Shown here in pieces: positions 50,651 through 63,580 of a DNA stretch of 64,000 bases. A program made the position numbers and the translations under genes. Position 1 is the stretch's first letter. Every line of letters starts with the position of its first letter. The stretch comes from Tubulanus polymorphus. Lineage: Eukaryota; Animalia; Nemertea. Location of the stretch: positions 18,126,210-18,190,209 of the forward strand of contig NC_134030.1 in NCBI RefSeq assembly GCF_964204645.1. The letters are read 5' to 3'. Under the pieces are notes generated by a model that was not told the origin of the DNA, did no database searches, and worked only from the letters and a program-made list of their open reading frames with translations.

Positions 50651-53600
50651 CCTATTGCTGATTGATGCTGTATATTAATCTTTTTGTGCTTGAATCAAGA
50701 TTTTTTGAATCAAGAGATTTTGTACGAAAAGAAAAAGCAATTCATCGAAAGGAGATGAATGCGCTTTTAAATAAAATCATTCTTATTTTTGTTATTTAAT
50801 TGAATGTTATTTCTGCACTATCTAATTTCTATTCTATTGATAAATCAATTGATTGTTATATCATCATGTTAATGTTATAAGATATTTTCTCCTTTCATCT
50901 CTTGTCAAAAAAAGTATTGTATATTATTCGTTTTCCGCGTCTAATCTGTTTTTACGCAGTCCTTCAGTCGGCGGAGGTTCAGATTTGTTTGTATGACTTA
51001 TATACTGATATGTGCTAAACTGACTACTGAAATATACAGTGTAACTGATTTATAGTGTAGCTGAAATACATTGTTACTGAATAATAGTGTAGATAAATTA
51101 CAGTGTAACTGAATATTAACGGGATATACTTAAACTTATCTTACAATGTATAACTGTATTTTGTTTTAAATGCAATGTAACTGGTTTACGGTTTAACTAA
51201 TAATAATGATAATAATGTTTTATTCGCGATTTAAATTACAATATAAATTAGCAGAAATTGAGGTGATTTTAGAAATTCTAAAATTCTAAAAGAATTTTTT
51301 TTAAATTCTAAAATTTAAGAAATTACTAGAAATTGCTAATAATGTAACGTGCTTATTTTATTCGCTTAAATAAAAAGAATTTATATATAGATATTTCTTG
51401 TGTCAACTGCAGCTGGAGTAGAATCGACCCCTGGTCGCGATGTAGCTAACAGCATCGGATATAAACTGATATATCTCATGCAGTATTCAATTTTTTAATC
51501 ACTTGATGGATTCAGATGTTTAGATTGAAATCTTTGTTGTAAACTTTATGCATGGCGGGGAATGGATTGATTTTAGTAGATTTATAGAGCGAAGATGCAT
51601 TATGACAGTTAGTGTAATGTAAGTTTACTGATCCCAATGAAATGCGACACTTGGTTATTTGACCATTATTGGTTTACGTGGCGCTGTACCATTCACCAAG
51701 AACCTGCGAGTGTCTGATGTTACTGCAGTTTTGATGGGATCCTAGAGCGACGCAGATCACTGTGGAGACAATCACACTGTCAGGACTGGGTGTAGATTGT
51801 ACCATAGATCTGTTTTACCACCGGTACGTATGTCTTCACATCTAGAGGTGTATGTACATATCTCCCGTAAAATCAGACAAAATATCTATACTTACCTCTT
51901 GTGAATAAGTTCAACTAAATACAAGATGTAACTTGATAAAGGTGAGTTATTGAGGTTTTAATTTCTACTGCATGTGTTAGAAATATTCTTCTCTTCTAGA
52001 AAGCGCTGCTACAAACACTCTGAAAATGTCTTATTCCAGGTAATTGTTACAGACCAGTTTTGGAAGTAAAGGCTATCTGAACATGAAAGTGGAACTCTGC
52101 ATGATCAGGATTAGAGGGCGGTGATGAAATATCCAATGTCTGCAGGGATGGACAGAGACTGCTCATCTATTGGTTAAACACATTAGAAATGAAACTACAT
52201 TGTACATTGTAGGTATTTGTAGGTATTGCACAGACTACAATGTTCATGTATCGAGTCAAATCCTGATGGTGATAGTTGCAATTTTTTCAGATGAGCTCTT
52301 CTTCCTCAGGATCTGGATGCTGCCAATACGAGCTGACGAAACCAACCTGACCGGATAGATAGGTGGTGAGTAGATGACCAGATCATAATGTGTTACGTAT
52401 CAAGTAAGATTAAAACTTCTAATAGTGATCGTTACGTTTTTATTTCAGATCCAGCTCTTCTTCCTCAGGGCCTGATTGCTGTCAATCAGTGCTGACTAAA
52501 CCAACGGATACTAAATTAGTTGTCTTCACACCTTCCTCACTTCTTCGGGACCTGATTGCTGTCACGCTGGGCGTATAAACTGCAGTTTAAATGTGCACGG
52601 TCCGATAGAAGATGACTCCCGTGGAAAAGATAATCCAGAAACTGCTCACATTAATTCGGTGAGAAGACATTTTAACTGTTTGTGGTATATAGGAAACACT
52701 TCATCAATGATACAACGCAACTATTTGACTAGGTTTAAATCACGTTTCAACCACGTTTTTCAAAACGGTTGTTTATTTGATTCCCAGAGAAGCTTCAACT
52801 GTTTTCAAACGCTTAATTTTGTAGGGAGCCGAAAGTCAGGATATCACCGACCTGAAGATGAGCAAGGTTTACTAAACACAAGCCAACGCAAATCAAGGCG
52901 TCCAGTGAGAAGTACGGATATTAGAACGGGTGGTTTTATAACGTGTTTTGTATTAAACTAGTTTGTTTATCGGTATTTTCAATAGAATTCGTGAATCTAT
53001 ATTTTATTTCTTGTGTTTAGAGGTTAAATTTCAAATTATGAGCTACCTCAGGTAATTTGAATTGATTTGGTAGAGAAAAACGAATCATATAATTCTAGCT
53101 ATCAATTCGTAGAGGTTAAAATAGTATGAAAATAATTCTGTTTGTTTTACTAATGTTCGAATTGTACAATATAAAACCACCGTCACGACCAATAATGAAA
53201 TGATATCTAACTAATTTGAAGAAGTAAAAATTTTGTGCCAGAATTTTTATTTTCCTCCAAAAATATCGCGATTTCAGTTAATGTTTGGGTAATTCTCAGT
53301 GACTGTAACTACCATTAAAACTGACAAGTTATGTAGGTCAATTCCCACCGGTTGTTGCCACGGCAACGAATTATGATGTAATCTTTGTGAAAATGAAGTT
53401 TAAAAACGAGCTATTTTTGTTGAATTCAAACAGAATGAGACGTGTTTGTCTCCACTGTTTTAGGCAGTATTTTGAGTGACGATTCCATCGATCTTTCATC
53501 AAGATCGACAATATACATAGTTTGTATCATGAGTAGGCTATACTTTCAATAAAATAAGTTAATTATGATTATAAATATTATCTATCTTACTTTTCTGTGG

Positions 53601-53746
53601 ATGAATTTGTTTCGAAGGATATACGAAAATAAAATGATGAATGCGAGCTGAACCAATCAGATCTAAAACTTCATCATCTTCAAAGTGCGCGGATTACAAA
53701 GATAAGTGGGGTTCGAACCTATTGTCGCCGGATCAAAGAACATATC

Positions 53747-53891
53747 TAGACTGGTTACCGGTCTCTATCTTCAATTCCATATTGAATGGTAGACTGGTCG
53801 CCTGTCCAATTCTGCGCCACCTGCATTCGCAGTCTAACTGAAGGTAGAGACCGGCAACCAGTCTAATTGAATGGGACAGGCAACCAGTCTA
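53747..53891. mobile_element. Small foldback / MITE remnant
   Basis: TAGACTGGTTACCGGTCTCTATCTTCA is the inverse of TGAAGGTAGAGACCGGCAACCAGTCTA (ends 53865). A second TAGACTGG/CCAGTCTA pair is present. Confidence 0.65.
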
Positions 53892-54441
53892 ACTGCCGTG
53901 TAAAGCAGTAGTTGTAACTGATCGTATTTTATACAGACACGTTTACAATATTATATAGTTCACGGTCAGTATTATAGCAACCACTACTGACAACATGTTT
54001 TGGAAGAGTATTTTGCGGCCATAAGATTTTTCTTTTCTAAGTAGAATCTTCGACATTCTAAACTCGAATTTTCGACTTCAACTTTATCGCAAATCATACA
54101 TAAATCTTAACTGTGCATTATTTATTTCATATTCCGGCGGTAAGTCTGCGCTGTTATTTTAGTTCACAGAAATTCCGCTAACGTTATTCATAGGGGCAGC
54201 ACTGACCGGTTCGAATTTCACACAGCCTCGCTATTCTACTGTGGCATGCGAGGAATACAGATATTTTCATTATCATTACCGTTCAACACTAGCTTACTTT
54301 AAAACATAGAAGTGTCAGCTTACACTTCTTTGTTCGTTCAGAATAATCCGTAAATACAGCTTTTAAAGTGATAGAATTATCCTTACGAGTAAAATCCCAC
54401 AATAAATGAATTAAATGATAAATGTTTATTAAAAACATATA

Positions 54442-54482
54442 AGAAATATTTCGGGTGGTTACTACCACCCTTTCTTTAGTCT
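54442..54482 (-). ncRNA. Decayed minimal hammerhead ribozyme in a Penelope pLTR position
   Basis: Minus strand AGA-CUAAAGA-AA-GGGUGG-UAGUAA-CCACCC-GAAA-UA-UU-UCU, ~65 nt downstream of the GIY-YIG stop. The core G is mutated. Confidence 0.6.
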
Positions 54483-54546
54483 AAAATGACTTGCCAAATA
54501 CGGTATTAATACATGAAATATGAAATAGGATACGAATCGCTGCGCA

Positions 54547-54843
54547 TTAACTTATGGGGACTAGAGCACTGACATAACTTGAAAGAAGTTTATTATGGGG
54601 GCTGAAACCATTATTGAGGTTGACAGAACGATCGGAATGAGTAGTAATCAAAGCAGATTCAACTATATGTCGTTTAGTGCGACTACTGTTGAGAAAAATA
54701 ATATTGGCTCCAGAAAAATCAAAATTGTGTCCGGTAACCAAAGAATGAGAAACTACCCCACTTTCTAATTTAACCCCATTGAATACATCGCGTTTATGTT
54801 CTTTAATATGTTCCTTAATATTCCTACCAGTTTCCCCAACATA
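54547..54843 (-). pseudogene. Penelope-like element 3' fragment, GIY-YIG endonuclease
   Basis: YVGETGRNIKEHIKEHKRDV...HSLVTGHNFDF...KRHIVESALI...NLNNG, 5'-truncated. Confidence 0.88.
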
Positions 54844-54977
54844 ACGTAATGTATTTTTTAAAGTATTATAGAAATTAATCTTTTTTGTGCTTTTTTCACA
54901 GTTATCAAAGAGGATAAAATGAAGAGTGAAAGTTTCGATGATTTTAATTTAAATCGAAGATATTTCTGCGATATTAC

Positions 54978-55335
54978 AAGGCCTGCAGTTAGTTTGATTT
55001 GATGAGTAAATTATTTTCTTCCACCTAAAACAACTAACAGTTAACAGACATTTTAATTCAAAATCTCATAGATAATCGATTATTTATTAATCGAAATTTA
55101 TAATTGATAAATTATTCCAATAAAAGTAAGAAATATTTTAGAGCATGTAGTTTTAGCGAACTCAAATTTTTCTGAATTTACATTTGAAAACTTTATTATC
55201 TCTAAATCAATTGAGATGATAACTAATTCAAATCAAATAATTATTAAAACAAATTGAGTGTTTTGAATAACTTTTAATATTGTTTGAATAATAATGAAAG
55301 AATAATTAACTTAAATCAAAATAACTGCAGGCCTT
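54978..55335. mobile_element. AT-rich MITE (~360 bp), PIF/Harbinger-like ends
   Basis: AAGGCCTGCAGTTAGTTTGATTT versus AAATCAAAATAACTGCAGGCCTT. Confidence 0.75.
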
Positions 55336-55564
55336 ATCGCGGCAAAATCATTCATGACTTCATGAAAGGAACTATCGGCTGCTACGATCAGCTCAGAAGG
55401 GTCCGACACTTTTTTCATCAAACGTTTTTAATTTTCGCTTCCTCCGTTTGCTTAAACACTCGGATATATTAAACATTATCAATCCATCATCGAAGTATTC
55501 TGTTAAACTTCCTCAACCAGAGCGATTATTGTTATATATGTGAATCAATCCATCCTATATCACG

Positions 55565-55661
55565 ATGACGAAGACGCGTTTGTTCTTAATAATCTGCACA
55601 GTTTTACTATTGGGAAACTTATACATTGCAGAAACATCTGGAGCTAATACGAATGAAATAA
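55565..55661 (+). CDS. Probable first coding exon (signal peptide) of a secreted or membrane protein
   Basis: MTKTRLFLIICTVLLLGNLYIAETSG has n/h/c signal-peptide regions and is followed by a consensus phase-1 donor GTAAGT at 55662. Downstream exons were not identified. Confidence 0.5.
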
Positions 55662-57270
55662 GTAAGTTACTGCGGCCTCCGTTACTCACCTTAGTAATTA
55701 TATTTCTATCGGAATTGCGAATTCAACCGATGACGCCAGAGTCAGTGCCGTAGAGATTTGTCACAGGCCCTATTAAATGTTACTGACAAAAGATAATCAG
55801 AAGATTTACAAACTATGGCGGAGAGTCTGTCTGACTCCTACGAGCAATTATCTAATCTAAGTTAGATAATCGCTCGGAGGTCTGACTCGCTGATTTGACC
55901 GCAAACATGATTATTAACGAAATTACGGACCAAAAACGTCGCACGAAGAGCAGGTGTGACAGACAGTAGTTAACCCGTTCCCAAATGTTTTGATACTTTC
56001 TCAGTTTGTATCAAAAATATTGCCGATTTTAGGTCCTGAAAGTCCTGAAAAATGATAATTTTACAGTGTAAAATCGTACAAACGTCTCATCTATACCACA
56101 AAACACTTTATTTCCTGACCAATTTATGATGTTATGTGTGGGCCATAGACCTCAATATCTGCCTGTGATCTCAACTTTCAATTAAGATTACGTAAGCTAC
56201 TCGTGCCCAAAACGCGGCAGGCGCACAATAGTTACGCGCAGGGTACTTTTATTGTCGCCGACATAGAGGACCGATATTTTGCTAATTGGATTCGGGAGGT
56301 TTAAATCTCACAAGGTCAATTTACTAAAATTGTGACCTTCAGGGAGATTCTACGAAAGGCCGATCGTAATCAATTTTGGTTGAACTTGATACCATCAAGA
56401 TTGATGCTCACTGGTTTTAATGTCAAACCATGTAGTCCATATTTGGTAAGTTGTAAATTACTTAAAACCGAAAGAAAAACCCATTATTGGAACGAGTTTT
56501 TCCTAATTACGCGAATTACTTGAAATATCTAATAAATGAAATGTATACACAATACCAATAAGAACAACCTGATTTAATTCTGTTCGGAATTCATTCCTAT
56601 ATCTTCGTCATAAAAATCGGAGGCAGTATTTCTCATTGATTTTTTCAATAGCGTCATTTCAGCCATGGACTGTAAAAAAACGTTACTGATTCCATGGTTA
56701 AGCTCGTTTTCGAGTCAAATATTGCATTTGATTCATTTCTCGTTGTGGTTTTGTCAAAGCTATATTTTCACAGTCCGATCAGTAATACAAATAGCTAGTC
56801 AGTTACCAACGGTATAGCCAATAATCTACAGAACCACCCGAATAGCGAAAATTAGCAAATTGTACCAGTGATACCAGTTTTTGTCATGATTTTATCGAAC
56901 ATGTCATTCAATAATCGATGTGATCGGGTAAAAACTCGCCCCGTAAAGGTCCCTTTCAGTAAAAATCCCCTAGTTAAATATACCCCAAGGTAAAGGCCCT
57001 TGGTAAAAAACCCGAATAAAGATTTTTCAGTGTCTAGTTGGATGTTCTTTTCTTGTTCCTCTACCTGTATACCTTCTCTATCAGAAAGAAATGTTGTTAA
57101 CTGCAACTATCCGTTAATCAAACTGTTGAATTGTATAATAATTCAAGATGGCGGAATAGTGCTGACACGGATTATGAGCTGTCGCTAAAAATTCTTGAAA
57201 TAACTAAGTTAATAAGTTAGTATATGCTGTATTTTCCTCTCCCTGTCACGGATAATATCGCACGTTCAAG

Positions 57271-58584
57271 ATGAGCGTTTTGGATAGAAAATGTTCCACG
57301 AAGTTCTCGCTAGACGAAGTCAACGGACGAGTGTCCCATCAAGATGTAATGGACGCGGTCCGTAAAACTATCGATGTGAGTAAAATACTGTCCATTCAAA
57401 TAACGACCAAATTTTGCATTGTGACTACATTGGACGAAGTGAGCAAAAACGTTATTAATCATTCTGGTTTAGAATTTGGTGGGATTAAAATTACACCGGT
57501 AGATGTGGATGTGAACTATATAAATGTAAAAATCGTCGATGCACCGATTGAGATGTCTGATCAGCGAATTGTGACTTTTATCAGCAATTTTGGAGAATAT
57601 GTAGATGGATCTATCAAAAAAGGTGTGATAAAGAACACGCAAATATTTACAGGGACTAGATACGTAAAGTTGAAAAAAGTCGCTAAAGTGATTCCAGTCT
57701 ATACAAATATTGCTGGATTCAATGTGAGGATATATTGTGAAGGTATAGGCTGTCAGCTTTGCCTTTCAGATGATCATCGATCAGCGGATTGCCCGTCACG
57801 TTCAAAGTGTTTTAAATGTGGCGCCTCAAATCATAAAGCGCGCGATTGTCCAGTCAACCAACCGAACGACTCGGCAGCCAGCGAAGCGGTTGATACTAGT
57901 GTGAACCTTGATTCCGATATAGGTGATTCTATTGATAAAGTCCTGGTAATCGGTGACTCGAATTTACGGGACAGCGAAATTCCTACAGGCGTTGTTCTGT
58001 GTCAACCAGGTGCAACCAGCGAAAAGATATCGTCACTCCTCGGTAAAGCCGATACCATGGTACCCGATACGTCATCCGTTAGTGACGTAATTTTACACCT
58101 GGGTACTAACGATGTAAACAAAAACAAGAATGACACCAACACAATCAAAGTCAACATGTCTCTAGCGTTAGCTAAGGCTACAGAGCATTACCCCAATGCG
58201 CGCGTTTATTTGTCCAGCATAATTCCCCTAAAAGGTGGTTCCAAAAACGGCAAGGAATTTAATACGGCTGCAAATGACATTAATAGCTACATGGAAAATC
58301 TGTGTTCAAAACAAAATATCAGTTTCATTAACAATGACGCATCGTTTAAATCAGCTTCAGGCAAGACCCAGGACCAATTTTATTCGCTTACATACAGTAG
58401 CGGACTTCATCTAAATCCCGCCGGAAAGTTACTGCTGATCAAAAATTTCTGCGACGCAATTGACGGCTCCATTGATTCTGAAGTTTTCAAAACTCCGGGT
58501 GCTAGCAATAAACGCAAAGTAAGATCTTTCACAGCAACGCCACCATCAGCCGAGAAAGCTTCAAAAAAACCAAATGTTAAGTAA
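57271..58584 (+). CDS. LINE ORF1p: RRM-like region, two CCHC zinc knuckles and SGNH/GDSL esterase domain
   Basis: CQLCLSDDHRSADC and CFKCGASNHKARDC knuckles. Esterase blocks VIGDSN, PGAT, LHLGTND and GLHLN. Intact 437-aa ORF. Confidence 0.9.
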   Translation: MSVLDRKCSTKFSLDEVNGRVSHQDVMDAVRKTIDVSKILSIQITTKFCIVTTLDEVSKNVINHSGLEFGGIKITPVDVDVNYINVKIVDAPIEMSDQRIVTFISNFGEYVDGSIKKGVIKNTQIFTGTRYVKLKKVAKVIPVYTNIAGFNVRIYCEGIGCQLCLSDDHRSADCPSRSKCFKCGASNHKARDCPVNQPNDSAASEAVDTSVNLDSDIGDSIDKVLVIGDSNLRDSEIPTGVVLCQPGATSEKISSLLGKADTMVPDTSSVSDVILHLGTNDVNKNKNDTNTIKVNMSLALAKATEHYPNARVYLSSIIPLKGGSKNGKEFNTAANDINSYMENLCSKQNISFINNDASFKSASGKTQDQFYSLTYSSGLHLNPAGKLLLIKNFCDAIDGSIDSEVFKTPGASNKRKVRSFTATPPSAEKASKKPNVK

Positions 58585-58740
58585 TACGATTGACTTAAAT
58601 ATTTCTCCCGATCGCCAGAGAGTTCTTTATTTTTTCCTCACATTGTGAGGAGTGTGTCGATTTAATATTTTTTCAAATTTAATGAATATTGTCTATTTTC
58701 ACTTATGTAATTTAGCGTGTGTTAATCATGTGAACATTAC

Positions 58741-61664
58741 ATGGAGAACGTTTTTGATATACCCAGTGTAAACAACAATTGTTTATACGCAAAAGATGAT
58801 TTTCTCGTGGACCACGGGAAACTCTCAATAATCTCGCATAATGTTCGAAGTGTTCAAAAAAATTTCGACGCTTTCAGTGATTTTTTGTCATGTGCCAGTG
58901 GTAGTTTTTCAATCATTGGGCTAACTGAGACATGGACCAATGATATGCACGATAACTCTACCATGTATCGTCTTATCGGATATAATAGTATATTTAAATC
59001 TCGTATTAATGGACAAGGTGGTGGTGTGTCTCTTTTTATCAAGAACGATTTTAATTTTAAGCCCCGGTCTGATTTATCGTCTGATTTTGTAACTTTTGAA
59101 TCTTTATTTATAGAACTTGATCATGGAAAAAACTCGAATGTAGTCGTTGGTGTAATTTACCGGCCGCCAGGTGAAAAGTTAATAACTTTCCAAAATGAGT
59201 TTGATATTTTGTTAGAAAAAATTAGCGGAGAAAAGAAACTGTGTTATCTAATTGGCGATTTCAACATCGACCTTTTAAAATGTAGTGATCATAAACAAAC
59301 AGAAATATTCTTTAATTCGTTACTTTCTAATTCTTTTTCTCCACTGATTGATAAGCCCACCAGAGTTACAAAAAACTCTTCTTCATTGATTGATAATATA
59401 TTTTCAAATAACTTAATCCCTGTTCATAAATCGGGTATTGTATGTACTGATCTATCTGACCATTTTCCAGTATATACTGTGTGCTATGCCGATGTTCCGG
59501 TTTCGAATAAGCAACCCTTCAGGAGACGTAATTTTTGTGAGCGCAATATTTTAAAGTTTCGTTAGTTAAAGTTAGGTATTTATTGAGTTTTAATTGGGCA
59601 GCAATTTATAGCCATGATGATCCTGATGAATCTTACCATATCTTCATGGACAAATTTAATGTCGCTTATGAAAGTTCTTTTCCTTTTATGGACATCAATT
59701 CGAAGATTCCGGAGTTCAATAAACCGTGGATATCACCCGGTATAATTCGATCGATCAACAAAAAAAATCGTCTGTATAAAAAATCTTTGCGCTCTAATTC
59801 TGAGCTAATTTATGCTAGATATAGATCTTATAAGAATACTCTGTCTAAAGTTATACGAAGTGCCGAAACATCATATTATTCTGAAAAATTACGCGCCGCT
59901 GGTAATAGTATGAAAGATACGTGGAAATTAGTTAACCATGTATTAGGGAGGAACTCGTCCTCAAAATTACCTGACCTCTTCATTTCTAACAACCAGGCCA
60001 TTATTGGTAGCAAAAACATAGCAGATAAGTTCAATGAATATTTCATATGTATTGGTGACAATCTAGCAAGTCAAATTCCTGGCACCAGTGAGGATTATCA
60101 TCTGTATTTAACAAATCATGTAAACGATAATTTTTTCTTTTTTCCTACTACACCTAAGGAAATTAGTGATATTGTATCGGGTTTTCGCTCCAAAGTGAGC
60201 ACGGGTCTTGATGGCGTTAGCACCAACCTTGTCAAACGGGTCATTGATATTGTTAATCTCCCATTGTCCCATATATTCAACTGTAGTTTACAAACTGGTA
60301 TCGTTCCATCTGACCTCAAAATAGCTAAAGTGTGCCCTTTATTTAAAAACGGGGAAGAGTCAACTTTTAACAATTATCGCCCTATTTCGGTCCTTCCGGG
60401 TTTTTCCAAAATTCTGGAAAAGATTGTTTATTCCAAGTTGATATCCTTTTGTGACAAACACGAAATTATAGTGCCCAACCAATTTGGTTTTCGGTCTAAA
60501 CATTCTACAGCTATGGCTTTAACTAAGGTTATTGATGATTTATCAAATAATCTCGAAAATAAAAAGATAACCCTTGGTCTATTCTTGGATTTGTCAAAAG
60601 CTTTTGACACTGTCAATCATAATATTCTTATCGGTAAATTATATCATTATGGTGTTCGAGGCGTAGCCCTCAGCTGGTTTAAAAATTATCTAACTAATCG
60701 GCGCCAAATTGTTAGTATAAACAATACCTTTTCAAATCCCTTGAATATCTCTATAGGCGTTCCTCAGGGTTCGATTTTAGGCCCCCTTCTTTTTATTTTA
60801 TACATTAATGACTGTGTTAACGCTTCGAAGTTATTACACATTACACTTTTTGCCGATGACACGAACTGTTTTTTAAGCGACACCAACATAAATAGTCTAT
60901 TTCTCAAAGTCAATCATGAACTGAACAAGCTATCAAAATGGTTTCAAATCAATAAGCTCTCCCTAAACTTGAAAAAAAGTCATTACATGGTTTTTGGTAG
61001 TATCAATCCTTTAAATCTGTCTATAAAATTAAATAACGTATCCCTTCATCAAGTTCATAGTACTACTTTTTTAGGACTTCATATAGACGAAAAATTAAAG
61101 TGGGGTGTCCACATAAAACATGTTTCAAACAAAGTTGCCAGAAGTCTTGGAATTTTAAATCGATTGAAAAAGATATTTCCCTCAAAATTGTTGTCTTCAC
61201 TATACTATAGCCTTGTTTATCCATACCTTCAATATTGTAATCTCATTTGGGCTAGCAATTATGATACTATCCTTAAGCCGTTGATCATATTGCAAAAGCG
61301 CGCCATTAGAATTATCAACAAGTCCCCCTATCTTGAACATACCGAGCTTATCTTTAAAAAACTCAAAATTCTTAAATTCAAGGATATTACCAAATTTCAG
61401 TTATCCTTATTCATGCATAACTACATCAACTCAGAGTTACCTAGTTCTTTTAATTCCTATTTTCAAAAAGGTACCAATTTCCACAGTTATGCCACTCGAA
61501 ATAATAACTCATTTCGCATCGATAGATTTAAAACCAATAAAGTGAAATTCTCTGTAAAAATATCTTGTCCTACAGTTTGGAATAATCTACCTGAATATTT
61601 GAAACATATTACCAGTACCCAATCATTCAAGGTCAAATTAAAACATTATCTAATCAATCAATAA
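58741..61664 (+). pseudogene. LINE ORF2 (apurinic endonuclease plus reverse transcriptase) with one disruption at ~59563-59583
   Basis: APE motifs NVRS, LTETW, YRPP, GDFN, IDNIF and SDH (58741-59565). RT motifs NYRPIS, QFGFR, DLSKAFD, GVPQGSILGP and FADD (59583-61664). The two parts are in different frames. Confidence 0.93.
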
Positions 61665-63094
61665 CTCAGTGTCTGTAATACTTATCGTTTTTCATCATTA
61701 TGGTTTCTGTCATCTATCACTTTATTATGTGTGCGTGCGTGCGTGGGTGCGTGTGTGTGTGAGTGTGGTTCTTTGCGTGCTGGGGGACTTGTACGTTTGA
61801 CATAAGTCTTAACTGGCTTCTTCAAGTCTCCCCTGCTTAATATTAAAATATTTCATTCAACTTCATTTTTATAATGTATAATGATATATTGTAATATTTA
61901 GTGGAAATAAATATATTATTATATATTATTATATTTGATAATCGGGAGTGATGAAAAGCTAGGAATGAAAATTAACGGTTTAGCTACTTATATTTAGTTG
62001 AAAATCATGTGTTCTGCTTTAACAAAAGCACTGTTTTATCTAAAAATATTATTTGACCCGAGTGCCTCAATCAGGGCTACATCAACAGTCCATCTCACTG
62101 ATTACTTCATCACAAATAATCACCAGCCATTGAAATGTTTAATCCTCATACAATACAATACAATTATCTCAAATCTAAATTTTATGAGATAAATGCTCCT
62201 AGATTTCATAGGTTTTATTCCAACTGTTGCGACAGTCATATCAAAACTGGACTATTCATATCAATAGACGTTAAACTGGACTGTTAATATATGAAAAGTA
62301 TTTAAGGCCATATCATATATCTAAAGTGCGCTATGTTTTGCCTTGCAGTAATAATTTGATTTGTCACATGATTACTCCATATCTTCATATAATTTCCAAA
62401 TAAACGAATACATTTCCATTGTTATGTTAAATGACATCAGCAAAAGCAAATAGACACAAACTACTAAACTACTGTGTTTAGGATGGTTTAAGAGATTGGA
62501 CGCCGATTGATACGAAAACTAGATTTCATGCAATCATTTTCTTTCTTTAAAATCGATGCGAATTAACGCGCGAGTGTTCGACTCTAGACGAACGGTTAAT
62601 GGAATTTTATCGGGTTAGTCTTTCTATAGCCGACTAGCTATTGAATACCAGTGATTAAGCCATAAGTAAATAAAGAAGTTACTTGGGATGTTTAATTAAT
62701 TGATGACAATGTACAAGTAAAACCAGGCCTATGAGACACCCGTAATGTAAAATGATATCATGCAAGATATTCATATAAGCGTATTTTAGTCCTGATTTGA
62801 ATGAATGTACCCACATTTTAGGCAATGAATCGAGACTTGGTTTTATCCCATAGCGTCAGCGCTAGTATATGCTTGAGATGAGATTGTTGGTTTATATTTT
62901 GAACTCTGTAAAGAAGTTTTGTACATTTAAGCGTGAATGACGCACTGTGATGAACTACTGTACGAAATAACATATTAAATTCAATGAAAGAATCTTAATG
63001 TTCCAAAAGAAATATAAGTGTAGTTAAGATTAATAGTTGTTTTTTTTTAAATGAAAACCGATGATATAAAATAATTTAGGTTATTATCCCCAAA

Positions 63095-63580
63095 GTAAAA
63101 ATCCCCCGGTAAAATATTCCCAATATTTGATTTAACTAACATAAAATCAACACAATTTATTATGTTAAAAAAAACTCAACTCATAGATTCTAGATTTTAT
63201 TGCACTTCTATTAACTGAAGATGATAGTAATGATGTATAGATGTATAATATGATGACCGAACGTTTGATGAGGAATAACTACTGTGGTTAGATACAATTC
63301 TCATTCTTAGGATACGAATCGGTTGATTGAATTCGGTCATTTAAACTACTGGCTAATTTATAGTGGTCACTATTGAAACGATTAATTGAAGTGCCCTTGA
63401 AATCAAGATAGATTCCTGTTGCGTAAATTAACTAATTTTCAAGCGACCACCTTCTATTGTCGGTATTCGGTTAGCCAGAAGTTTTACCATAAAGACTCAG
63501 ACTAGATGATTGAATTAAATCTTTGAATCAAAATATTGTCACTGGAGTAAATATATATTTTACCGAGGGGATTTCTACCT
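63095..63580. mobile_element. Degenerate MITE remnant
   Basis: GTAAAAATCCCCCGGTAAAATA (~63096) is the inverse of TATTTTACCGAGGGGATTTCTAC (~63556-63578). Confidence 0.45.

Larger units (their letters stand above)
57141..61934 (+). mobile_element. Near full-length CR1/L2-group (Crack/Daphne-like) non-LTR retrotransposon
   Basis: 5' CAAGATGGCGG (YY1-like), ORF1, APE-RT ORF2, 3' UTR stem-loop GGGGGACTTG...CAAGTCTCCC, AATAAA and an (ATATATTATT) tail. Confidence 0.93.

Noticed and set aside
50213-50665. His/Pro-rich 150-aa ORF and its antisense Gly/Val-rich ORF
   Set aside because: Explained by a minisatellite whose unit length is a multiple of 3; no other gene evidence.
52593-52961. Possible Penelope GIY-YIG remnant (WYIGNT) with CCTGAAGATGA downstream
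   Set aside because: The motifs are too degenerate and no complete hammerhead can be folded.
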